Both the position numbers and the translations under genes were made by a program. The notes beneath the pieces were generated by a model, which worked only from the letters and a program-made list of their open reading frames with translations, was not told where the DNA came from and made no database searches. A DNA stretch of 64,000 bases, from assembly GCF_009914755.1 (NCBI RefSeq), contig NC_060925.1; one strand, written 5' to 3'. This DNA is from the human T2T-CHM13v2.0 reference genome, Homo sapiens. This document shows, piece after piece, positions 1 to 10,992 of this stretch (position 1 is the stretch's first letter; each line of letters opens with the position of its first letter).

Positions 1-127
1 CAAGTTTTTCACCTCAGATATTTGGAAACTTTACAGTGATCAAATTGTTTCTTTTCATTCAAAATACTAGTATTTTCAAAGACAACTAAAAATGTGATTT
101 AGAAAAGAATTTTGTCAGTAGAGTGCC

Positions 128-513
128 CTTAATGTTTTTGTGTATCTATATAATATACATATATATACACGCATATATAAATATAAGATGCTGTCAAAAT
201 AACATACAGAAATGTAACATACCATTATATTGGCAAAATTCTCTTCTAAATCATATTTTTAGTTGAGTCTGTAAACAGAAGTATTTCAAATAAAAAGTAT
301 TTAATACTAACAACAACATATATGCATGTCTTTAATGTTTTTGTGTACAATCTCTATATTTTTAGGTACTTTCAAAGTAACATATACGGAAATATAACAG
401 GCCACGATATTGGCAAAATTCTTTTCAAATTGTGTTTTCAGGTGATTTTGAAAATATTAGTATTTGAAATAAAAGTATTTACTTACTAACAATAATATAT
501 ATGCATGCCTTTA
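128..513 (+). repeat. Diverged tandem duplication, about 180-bp period, two copies
   Basis: Shared anchors: atattggcaaaattct at 227 and 407; gtattt(c/g)aaataaaa at 281 and 460; tactaacaa at 306 and 484; atatatgcatg at 318 and 497; ttaatgtttttgtgta at 129 and 332. Confidence 0.9.
366..441 (+). CDS. Candidate penultimate coding exon (76 nt, phase 2 to 0): YFQSNIYGNITGHDIGKILFKLCFQ
   Basis: Acceptor tctctatatttttag|G and donor TTTCAG|gtgatt. Only one frame is open. It retains 2 CpGs in a CpG-poor background and is phase-compatible with the exon at 2271. Gene identity not recognised. Confidence 0.45.
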
Positions 514-2270
514 AGGATTTGCTTATCAAAGAGTGAAAATAATTTGGTTCTGCATGCTGATGAATGTAACAGGTGTTTATTAGGGCTATGTTTAAGACCA
601 CATTTTTGCAAATGCCATTGCAAATGTGTGAATTTCTAAAACCAAAATTGTGGTCTACTATTGAAGAATTTAAAACAAGAATAAATAGTAGAATGAATAT
701 ATGTATATCTGATATGCTAAAGGAATAATAGGTTGTATGATGTCATATGTTACAAAAGTGTTTTATCTCATGTAAATAATAAAATAAAATATTTTTTCTA
801 ATCACAATGTATATATTTTTGGAAAGGTCTCTGATGCATTATTTACCTAATGTGTCTAAAATTTATGATAGAAGTATTATAGTGTTACAACTCATTGGTA
901 CAACTAGATTAAAATAGAATTTTCTGACTAAGTTAGACAGAAGGGGCTTTTATTCTATAGAGAGGAGAAAGGCGATTTCAGGAAATGCAAAGAGATTGAT
1001 CAGAAGAAGCAGTTTTAAAAGGCCCTCCATGTTTTCAAGAAATTACAAGAAGTCCAGGATGACTATAGATTTCAAATAAGAGAAAAAAAATAGCTATCTA
1101 AAGATAGATCAAAATGAACTTTGGAATATGGAGTTTGGTCTAATACTTCTTATAAAGAATTGTCTATGATATATTTGAGTAAGGAAGTGAAATTATATTT
1201 TCCTTTTAGAAAGATTATAATGTTAGCAAAATATGATACTGTGGAAAACTGATTTTAGTATGGGAAGTATCAAGGACCTCAATTAGGAAATATCTGAATC
1301 ATTTTCATCAAGGGAGTTAAGTCTGACCAAGATTTGAAATCAAACTGAATAAAATTCTAATTATACCTTTGCTATTTAGTACCTATAAGGGACTTACTCA
1401 CACTAGAAATTATGAGTGATCATTATGTGAAATAATGTTTGAAAATCCTTTAGTATAGATTCTAGCACCTAGTGAGCAGCAAGATATGATACTATGTTAT
1501 CTGTATGTGTGTGTCTGCATGCGTGTGTGTGCATTTCTACGTCTTTGAAATACGAGTGATTTTCAAAGCATAACCAATAAGCAGTGTTTAACAAATAGAG
1601 TTTAACAAATACAGTGCACCGACATGCACAATCAAAATGCAATCTAGAAGACTTGAGAGTCAATTCACAATTATCATCACCAATAATGGCTATGAGGAGT
1701 AAAGGACAGGTGAATTAGTAGATAGGAGATTGTGGGTTCCTCAAGATAGAGAAGACAGAAAAAGATCTAGGTTTAAGAGAAAGAACAAAATTTAGCTTTG
1801 TATATGCTGCATTAGAGATGATAGTAGGAAAACATAAAATTGACCTGCAGCAGTATTTGATGAGGGGTCAAGAGACCAGTGATGGAACAAGGGTAAATAA
1901 TGTGAATGTTAAACAGCGCAAAAGAAGGGTTTAGATACCGCATGATGAACTATCAAAAAGCAGTGTTGCTAATATGAATGCAATGTTTCAGCTTTTAGAA
2001 GAAAGAAAGGAGATAGTCAAACCACTTTAGTTGTCACTTTTAAAAACACGTATGAAAACATATTGGTTTTAATTGGGAAAATATATCAAGCAAAGAATTT
2101 ACCACTCACATCAATTTGATATACCTAAATATAAAAATAGAAGACTGAGTTTATAACATATTATTTTCACTAATGGAAAGCCAACAATAGCTAAAACGTA
2201 AAAAAAGTCTGGTATCCTAGAATGTAGCTTGTTTTAAAATGTTTTTGATAATGCAATTTTTTTCTCTTAG

Positions 2271-2321
2271 GTGATACAATACATCGAATCAAATCCAGAA
2301 CAGATTCATTACAAATTGTGA
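2271..2321 (+). CDS. Candidate terminal coding exon: VIQYIESNPEQIHYKL*
   Basis: Strong acceptor gcaatttttttctcttag|GTG; 16 codons then TGA at 2319-2321; AATAAA about 125 nt downstream. Alternative reading: a 47-nt internal exon (GDTIHRIKSRTDSLQI) ending at ATT|gtgagg. Confidence 0.5.
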   Translation: MIQYIESNPEQIHYKL

Positions 2322-2446
2322 GGTTTTGCCCAACCACATTGGTATAGGAGAATAAGTATTTCCACTACTAAATTCCATTTTATCTCTTGTGTGTTTATTT
2401 CTCATTTTCATAAAATGCTTCTTGACATAAAGATTAGTAAATATTT

Positions 2447-2479
2447 AATAAACAAAACCATGGGGAAAGCAAAAATAAA
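2447..2479 (+). terminator. Candidate polyadenylation signals (AATAAA at 2447 and 2474)
   Basis: Canonical hexamers after the putative stop, with T-rich sequence downstream. AATAAA is common in AT-rich DNA, so support is contextual only. Confidence 0.35.
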
Positions 2480-3879
2480 ATTAAAATAATTTTATTGATG
2501 TGATATTTAATTGTTAATCTATTTCAGAATAATTATTATGATTTTTATTTATTTAAAAATGTCTTTCAAGTACTAGATATTGTAATAAAACCTAGATTAT
2601 CATTAAAAATGATTATCAATCCACAAACAAATAACAAAAAAGCACTGCTCTGTCAGCAAAAGAGTCCCCCAATAAGACAGGGAAAGTAAACCAACTCTGT
2701 TGAAGCAGAGGCACTCATTGAGTGTTCAATTCTAATCATGAACGTAGTTACTATCTCAACTATAAAAGATTTGTTCTCTACTTTAACATTTTAAGATTAA
2801 AACAAATTGGATTAAGGGTTAAGACACTGACATTCATGATCTTTTTTGCTGCCTAAATGTTTAAACAGGAAGAGACCTTGGTAAATTCTACATCTTTGAA
2901 ATACAAGTGATTTGTGAAGCATGACCAGTAAGCAGTGTTTAACAAATAGAGATTAACAAATAGAGTCTGGGATACTGGTGGGGTCTTGCAGTTTGTAAAG
3001 TAATCCTGAGGCAATCTTTAACTACCAGAGTAAAAAGAAAATAGGAACTCAAACATTGATTTCACATTTAATAAATCTAAAATATATGGTTAATATTTCC
3101 ACTCATTAAATTACATTTGTAGATTTGTAGAAATCATTAGAGCTCTAGAGGTTGTATATGTGCCACAAGGACTGTGAGGTCTCTTGTCTTGGTTAGCATA
3201 TATTAGCTCAATACACTTTATCTCAGTTTATCTTTTTATCACATCATTCATGTGCTATTATTCATATTTTTTAAATGTTTACATTGTTGATATTGAAATC
3301 TCACATCAAAGCTTCAATTTATAAAAATAAATCAATGGCTCAAAAGTGGTTTGTTGATGCATCATAGTGGTGTTGAAACAAAAACATAACTATAATAATG
3401 TACAATCCAATTTTAAATATAAAAAGTAAGGAGAACTTAGGGGGAAATTTACTTTATTCCTATCCTTGTCCTCTGAAAGCTTTGAAAGATCACCCTGCTG
3501 TCTTTGCCATTCGGATAGCTCTTCAAGCTCTTGACAATTCCCACATTTAGAACATGCTCATTTATATTCTTACTCATTTTGGGTTATGGGAACTAGAGAT
3601 GCATGGCTTATTTAGAAAGCAAAGTCCCAAAAGGTGGATATAGAGCCTACTATGTCCCTCTCTAAACTATCCTAATATCCTTTAAGACCTGAGGTTATTA
3701 TTATTATTATTATTCTATTACTATTAACCTATTATTTAAGGACTCCTTGGCAAGGTCTCCTTGCTTCCAACTTTTGCCTATGCAAAACATTCATTTTACC
3801 TAGGGATGACGATTGGGGTGAGTAAACTAATTGAAGTGTTAACAAATAGTCGAATATTTACCAGCCATAAATAAAATTG

Positions 3880-4300
3880 TAAAACACAGATTCCATTGGG
3901 CCCCAAACCCCAATACTACAGTCACTTTCATACCCTCCAGTGTCACTCATTTGCCATTGTTGACTTATGCTCTGATTTTTTCAGCATGCCTCTTCACCCT
4001 GACTCTCAATAGCTAATCTCCTTTACATGGGAAAAGCAACAGTGTCCTTGGTTAGTTGTGTACCAGAGATTTACAGAAGACCCCAGTTATTTTTCCTGGA
4101 CATTAAATGCAAATCCAAGGGGATTTCATCTTCCTTTACAATTTAACGCTCATCCAATATGTAGATGACTTTCTTCTTTATTCTATAACGTTTGATAATT
4201 CTTTGGAAACCTTGGAAACCACACACTACTTATTAAAAACCTTGGCTCTAAAGGGACATAAGATATCAAAAAATAAAACCATCTCCATTCACCTGGAATA
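3880..4300 (+). pseudogene. pol: Class I (ERV1) endogenous retrovirus pol remnant, reverse transcriptase
   Basis: From 3962 it reads DLCSDFFSMPLHPDSQ*LISFTWEKQQCPWLVVYQRFTEDPSYFS, then frameshifts to LIQYVDDFLL (YVDD at 4158-4169) and LLKTLALKGHKISK. These match RT motifs DLxxAFFSIPL, QGFxxSP and YVDD. Confidence 0.9.
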
Positions 4301-4539
4301 ACAGAGCGAATGGAAAAATAAAATTAAAAAATGCTAAAACGAAGAAAGGACTTAATCTCCTATGATGTAAGGTTTTATTCCTTAGGTCCCAATATAAAAT
4401 AATAACTGGCTGACATGAAGATTCTCTGTTTTTCCTGCGTCTTGAATATTTGAACCTGATCAATTCATATGTTCCAAAATACTTCAAGAGATTTATTAAT
4501 TATATTCACCTACCATCAACAGGTAGAAGCTGCTTTTCT

Positions 4540-4720
4540 CTAGTTCTATGCAAACCACTCTACAACCTAGAAATTGGAGATTTAATTCTCTGGAAGGGAC
4601 GTCATCAGAAAACTAATCTTTTGCCTTGTCCACGGGGCCCTTATGTCATACTCCTCACCACTAACATTGCTGCAAAACTCCAAGAGGTCCAATCTAGATG
4701 CATGTCGTTCAAATGTAAAC
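4540..4720 (+). pseudogene. ERV integrase C-terminal (GPY/F) remnant
   Basis: KPLYNLEIGDLILWK...LLPCPRGPYVILLTTNIAAKLQ (GPY at 4636-4644) matches the gammaretrovirus-like WxGPYxVLLTTxTAxKL tail. Confidence 0.85.
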
Positions 4721-5599
4721 ATCCAAAAGCTCCTCAAATGGCAGTCCATCTAAATTGGACATTGGAAACTGTAGCTCTCTCAAGATTCCTCCATAAACAA
4801 ATGGCACCACAAGGTAGATAGCTTTCATAAGAACTTCAGACCAACCAGATAAAAATAGGAGTTAGTTACCTTTCCCTTAAAATGTTGAAAACAAAATCCC
4901 CTAGGATTTCCTTGTTTATTTCCTAACCTCAGTATTTTTGTTATCTTTCTTGACTGTATTCTTCTTCTCTGTCTCCTTCAAGTTGGTATTTACATAAATT
5001 TTCACCCCCACTACACTCCAGCTTTCCAATAACAGACCTTGCTTTGCATTCTTTCTTCCTTGCTTCACCCAAGCTGTTCCTTCATTAGTAGTTCCATGAG
5101 TCTAACCTAGATCTCTGAGTCCATGATATTCATTCACCCAGTTCATAGCAAAATATCACAACCCTATTTTTGCTTGCTGGTTATATCCTCTCTTTCCTTT
5201 AGAAGCTTCTAGATTCTCCTAAATGTTTATGCTATTTCAGGTTCAAGGGCATTTACGTTATCACTCAGAAGCCCTTTAGGTTTTCTCTCTAAACTTCAAC
5301 AAGAACTTCCTTCAACTTCAATGTTTTCAAAAGAGCTGTATATGCTTCCACCCTAACATAACCAAGGACAGTTTCATGGGCCTAAGTGTCTGTAATTATA
5401 AATACTCTGCAACAAATAAAAATACATATGTTTTTACAATGAAAGGCAAGAGTTCATATTCCTTGCCTTGTTATGTGCTTTAATAGACCTAGAAAATCAT
5501 AAATACAATTTTATCTGATATGCTTGGGATAATTGTCTTCATTAAAGAAACTTTTCTCTTCCCAAGTGGACAAGATGGTATCTTCATCCAAAGATGTCC

Positions 5600-5760
5600 T
5601 ATAGACTCCAAAATACAAAATCATGGGACAATTATTTACACAAAACCTGGATAACTACTAATAAGACATATTTTATTTGTGGCAACCATGCCTATAGGTA
5701 CCTGCCCACTAATTGGATCCTGTTATTCAGCTAACTTTATTAGTTCTTATCAAATCTTTA
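5600..5760 (+). pseudogene. env: ERV env (SU C-terminal) remnant
   Basis: 5669-5716 reads YFICGNHAYRYLPTNW, matching the FxCGxxAYxCLPxNW motif of class I env proteins. It lies in the expected position between pol and the 3' LTR. Confidence 0.7.
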
Positions 5761-6289
5761 ATCACAATGTCTTATTTTCTCACCTTAACCACTCTATTGC
5801 ATAAGGTTTAAGTTTTCTAGGTACCAGATGATCCAAAAGTCTACAAAAAATGTATTACGACTACAGACTTTGGTGCACAATTCCAGCCCCAGAAGGAGGT
5901 TGTAACCTTACTTTCTCACAAGATTCTCGATTAGCCTTAGAATGAAAGGTTAAACGAGTGAGAGTAAACTTAAAGGACTTGACTATTACAGCAGATCGTG
6001 TATTCTTTCCTGGAGCAGCTGCCCCATGGTCAACTCAAGGTCACTAGAATGCCAATATTTTCAGTGTTCTGCCTTAAGAAATAACCAGGACTGTCATTCT
6101 TACCAAAACCACCAACATCATCACTAGAGAACTACAGTAACTCCAATGAGTTGTCCTCTACAATCATCTGCCATTAGGCATCTCTGGAGGAAGCTCTTCC
6201 ACAGTGATCACAAGTGATGGTTATGTATATCTTCCATGGGACTTCACTGATGTCTATGTCAATAACCAAAAATATTTAGATGGGAAACT

Positions 6290-7032
6290 GGGAACTTTGT
6301 TAGATTATCTCTCTTGTCCCCATTCTGCAATCTAATACACTTTGAATCCAATGTCTTGAAATCCTCTAACATGGCTCTCTTCAGATTTTGGATCCTGTTT
6401 CACTCCCTGCAAATATTACAATTGTTATTTTTATTATATTCCTATTCATATGTCTCACCAAGTGCCTACTCTCTCACTCCTCCAACAACTGTCATTCAGA
6501 CAACATACTTAACAAGTGATATGGCTTGTCCTTCAAGGCCAGCTATAACATAAAGTCCAGCCCACTTCTGAAAATTGCATTGGTTAGCCTCAGCCTGACA
6601 ATGACTCTTATTTTATCTCTAATTGTGTTTAAGTACAGTCTTCGTCTTCTCTGATAGAGAGAACTTAGCCAAATGCTCACAATTTTCCATGACTGACCCT
6701 CTAACTTGGCTTGACCACTCTTTAGTCAGCCTTTTATTGTCTTTGCAATACCCTGACCTTTGGTTCACTTTTAGGTTTATCCAAGCAGACATCTTCTTTT
6801 AATAGCTCATTCTGATCACAGAAATGCATGTTTCCTGGTAAGCCATCTCAGTCATGGTGTCACCTCCAGCTCTTGCCATGATTCTCCTAAAAGTTCTTAT
6901 TCATGATGCTTAGTTCACCCCATAAAAGAAAGCCTTTTACTGTTTGATATTGAGCTGCCTACACATTCCGTGGTAGAAACATTCTTGATATTGCAGTAAT
7001 CTTTTCTAGTAAAGTCTCTCCTTACTTAAGTC
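6290..7032 (+). mobile_element. ERV1-class 3' LTR (MER67/MER89/MER90-like; 5' boundary uncertain)
   Basis: TATA-like cataaaagaaagcc at about 6921; 3' end agtaaagtctctccttacttaagtctgatttgtttttatttga is typical of these LTR termini; downstream of pol and env. Confidence 0.6.
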
Positions 7033-7189
7033 TGATTTGTTTTTATTTGATGATGTCTATGCTTCAGTTTTGTAATAATTAACTGAAAAAATTTACTCTG
7101 AGTGCCTGCAGTTCCTGATTTAGTATAGAATTAATATTTTTGCAAATGCTCTAGGAGTCTACAGACAAAATGACCTCTCAATTCAGGGC

Positions 7190-7672
7190 TTGTGCTTCCC
7201 CCAGGAAGAGCACCTGCCTCCTCTTTCCCAGGACTGTAGCCTATATTTTCATTGTGATTACTTCTGCTGCTATTGCCCTTATCACTGTCATAATTTATAT
7301 CCCTAGGGCATCACCTCTGAGCCCCATGGCTCCAATTGCTCAGGCATGTATGTGTGTGCTGGTGAGCCATGTCAACTACTCAGTGGACACATTGCTTATT
7401 CTTTCCCCTAGATACTCCTTAAACCCCTCCTGCCATCTACCATCACCATGGCCTGAGCCTATATGTGCTTGCTGCTACCCAGCATATCTCCTCTGCTCAC
7501 AGGCAGATTCTACTGTCCAGTGAAACTTCACCTACAAAACACAAGTTCAAAGATGAAATGATTAAGAATTTCAAGACAGTTGACAGCAGAGCATTTAATC
7601 AAGGGCAGAAAAGTTCCTGAAAGTAGGACTCTGTGTGTCTATACTTGTGTCACACTCATAAAACCAGTTCTA
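7190..7672 (-). mobile_element. hAT-Tip100 DNA transposon fragment (Zaphod/MER115/MER91-related)
   Basis: acaaaacacaagttcaaagatgaaatgattaagaatttcaagacagttgacagcagagcatttaatcaag is the reverse complement of the MER91/Zaphod terminal region. Confidence 0.6.
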
Positions 7673-9120
7673 CTGGGGAACTTTCCACAGAATTGGAATC
7701 AGGGACTAATCAAGGCACAGTTTCTATCCCAGTGTGGAAGGCCACCACCAGTTCTGTCTAGTGAGACTTAGCAAAAGCTACCAACAAGTGGCTGTTAACT
7801 CAACTTTGTACCTGTTTATTATAGGGGTGTTTGCTGTAGTTATTCCATATCTGTTCAATTATTAAATGTGAGGTAACAAAAGAGTCTTTTAAATTAGAAG
7901 TTTTCTGGACCGAGACATACCATACCTGGGCTTTGAGTTTGAGGTTATTATTAGGTTAGGCTTTGTAGTTTTCTCTGTTGAGAAAGAGGATACTTAAAAT
8001 AGTAACATTTAGTGTCAGAAAGAAGTATGAGCCTAATATGAATATTTTTGACCTGAAGTATGGTTTATTATCATCATTAAGGTTATTCATGAATGTCCTA
8101 TTGTCTTGTGCTAGAGATAATCTGAGATCACTCTTTTTGTTTACTGGAACTCAGGAATTATTTTGGCTAATGAATTGCAAAAACGTGTATGTGTAGTATT
8201 TGGGCATCAGCTCTTAAAGCCAGTAACCACTTTGTTTTGTCCTTGCCCTTGATATGGTAACAGTGTGTGTCACATCCGACCCTCTGTCAGCCAGTGTCCC
8301 TGAGAGACAAATATGATCAATCTCTTGTGCCAAACCATGATAGGCATACTCATTGAACAAAAAAAAGTGTTGTTTTAAATGACTAAAAGTTTAGTTTTAT
8401 ATCCTATAGGTAATTTAGAATAATACCAGTAATAAATTATGCAGCACGATGAAAAGATAGCAACTATGGAAAAAATTAACTGAAGGCCAGGTTGAATTCT
8501 AAATTGGAAATATGTGTCAGAGTATAACTTACTGCGAAGGTTTTTGCCTATCTTTAAATAAAAGCCAGTTTTCTCCTGTATAAGCCAGTTGTAACTTTGA
8601 AGAAAAAGAAAATAATGTTTAGTGGGGCTAACATAGTAACTATTTCCACTGAGAACAATGAAGAGATCAACACTTGCTATAACATTTAAAGCTGCAGTTC
8701 ATTAATAAAAACAAAAGTTAGTACATTATGTAGTTAAGTAACTTGCAAAATAATATTTGAAGTTAGTAGAAAATATGCTCTAAAGAAAAAGTAGATTATT
8801 GGCAAATTACTTTTTTTACATTACACTTCTGGTACATGTATATTAACTATAATATATTAGAACAATTAAAAGTTAACACTTTTTTTAACAAATGATTAGT
8901 TTCAAATGGAATGAAACCACTAGTAGACACACATATGAAGGAGGAGAGCTTAATGACTTTTTAATGTGTTTATTGTTAAAAATTCATGATATAGAAAAAA
9001 ATTCCTTAGTTAATGACAACTTTTAAGACACTACCTGGAATGGAAAAGAAGTGTAAGTACCAATGGAATATCAACTATGTCATAACAAGGATGCATATCC
9101 TTCAAAATTAAAAATACTAA

Positions 9121-9425
<305 letters not shown>

Positions 9426-9720
9426 AATTAAAAACCCTCAAAGCAATTAAGAAACTGCATCGGAATTCTAAGCCTTTTTTTTTACATGTTCAAACAGAAA
9501 AACTGAAAGCTAAAATATTTTTCTAGATAATTATTCCATGTTGAAGAACATCCTAAACTTTTGTCATTATTAATGTATCCATGAGTGTACATCTCTTCAA
9601 ACATATGATGCTTATAACCAGAGAGTTAGCACAGAAATATAAGATTAGAAGAAAAACATTTAGATAGTTTAAAAATTTTTAAAAGTTTTAAAAATTGTTT
9701 GTAGATCGCTTTCAGTAAAG

Positions 9721-10992
9721 TTAGGTTGGTGCTAATGTAACTGTGGTTTCGGACCTTAAATTTTAAATCATTATAAATAGGCTCAAACACATCTTTATTA
9801 ATTAAAATAGGAACCATCATCATCAACACACTTTTGCCAACAAGAAATGAATTTGTTTATTCCTGTAGTGTAAAAATTCATGCTTTGGGATTCAGCGAAT
9901 TGTTGGAAAGCATTTTCTGCATCCTGCAGAAATTTCCCTGCAAAAAGTTGTTGAGATGTTTGAAGAAGTGGTAGTCAGGTGAAAAGAGGTCAGGTGAATA
10001 TGGCGGATGAGACAAAAGTTTGTAGTCCAATCAACTTTTGAAGCATTGGTTGTGCGACATGCGATTGGCCATTGTCATGGAGAAGAATTGGGCTCTTTCT
10101 GTTAACCAATGCCAGCTGCAGGCGTTACAGTTTTTGGTGCATCTCATCAATTTGTTGAGCATACTTCTCAGATATAATGGTTTCTCCAGGATTCAGAAAG
10201 CTGTACTGGATCAGACCCGCAGTGGACCACTAAATAGAGACCATGACCATTTTTTTGGTTCAAATGTGGCTTTGAGAAGTGCTTTGGAGCTTCTTCAGGG
10301 TCCAACCAATGAGGTGGTTGTCTCCGGTTGTCCTATAAAATCTACTTTTCATGGCATGTCACGATCCGATTGAGAAATCGTTCATTGTTTAGAATTAGAA
10401 TTGTTAGAATAAGAGAAGATGACACTTCAAAATGATTTTTTTTAACTCAGCTCCTGTGGCACCCACTTATCAAGGTTTTTCACTTTTCCAATGTACTTCC
10501 AATGCAAATGACCGAAGAATGGTTGACGTTGAGTTCTTTGACAACTTCTCTTGTAGTTGTAGGACAATCAGCTACGATGATTGCTCTCAGTTGGTCATTG
10601 CCAACTTCTGATGGCCGGCCACTACACTTCTCATCTTCAAGGTTCTTGTTTTCTTTGCAAAGCTTCTTGAACTACCACTGTACTGTATGTGCGTTAGCAG
10701 TTCCTGGGCCAAATGCGTTGTTGATGTTGTGAGTTTCTGTTGCTTTACGACCCATTTTGAACTCAAATAAGAAAATTGCTCGAATTTGCTTTTTGTCTAA
10801 CATCACTTCCATACTCTAAAATAAGCATTAAAAAAATCAAGTAATAAATCATTAGCAAGAAAACATAAAGCAAGAAATGCCCATTAAAATAATACGTGAC
10901 ATAACCACATTTATTTATATTTAGGAATGTTTTCCAATATCAAACGGCATTCCAACAATGCAAAAACCACAATTACTATTGCATTTACTGAA
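9721..10992 (-). mobile_element. Hsmar1 mariner DNA transposon, near full length
   Basis: TIR ttaggttggtgctaatgtaactgtggtt at 9721 and inverted copy caaaaaccacaattactattgca... at 10961-10992 followed by TA; about 1.27 kb; decayed transposase inside. Confidence 0.95.
9798..10812 (-). pseudogene. Hsmar1 transposase pseudogene
   Basis: Minus strand reads MEVMLDKKQIRAIFLFEFKMGRKATETHNINNAFGPGTANAHTVQW*, KWVPQELS, IVTCHEK* (first catalytic D changed to H), LLHDNG and HPPYSPDLFSPDYHFF, with stops and indels. Confidence 0.93.

Larger units (their letters stand above)
1535..2966 (+). repeat. Dispersed direct repeat of about 80 bp (1535-1615 and 2886-2966)
   Basis: ttctacgtctttgaaatacgagtgatttt...aagcagtgtttaacaaatagagtttaacaaatacagt versus ttctacatctttgaaatacaagtgattt...aagcagtgtttaacaaatagagattaacaaatagagt. 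Confidence 0.9.

Noticed and set aside
940-1900. Possible L2 and MIR remnants (also near 11350-11800 and 55700-57560)
   Set aside because: Probably real ancient repeats, but too diverged for me to assign family or boundaries by eye.
10038-10732. Plus-strand ORFs of 111 and 76 aa
   Set aside because: These are antisense frames of the dead Hsmar1 transposase.
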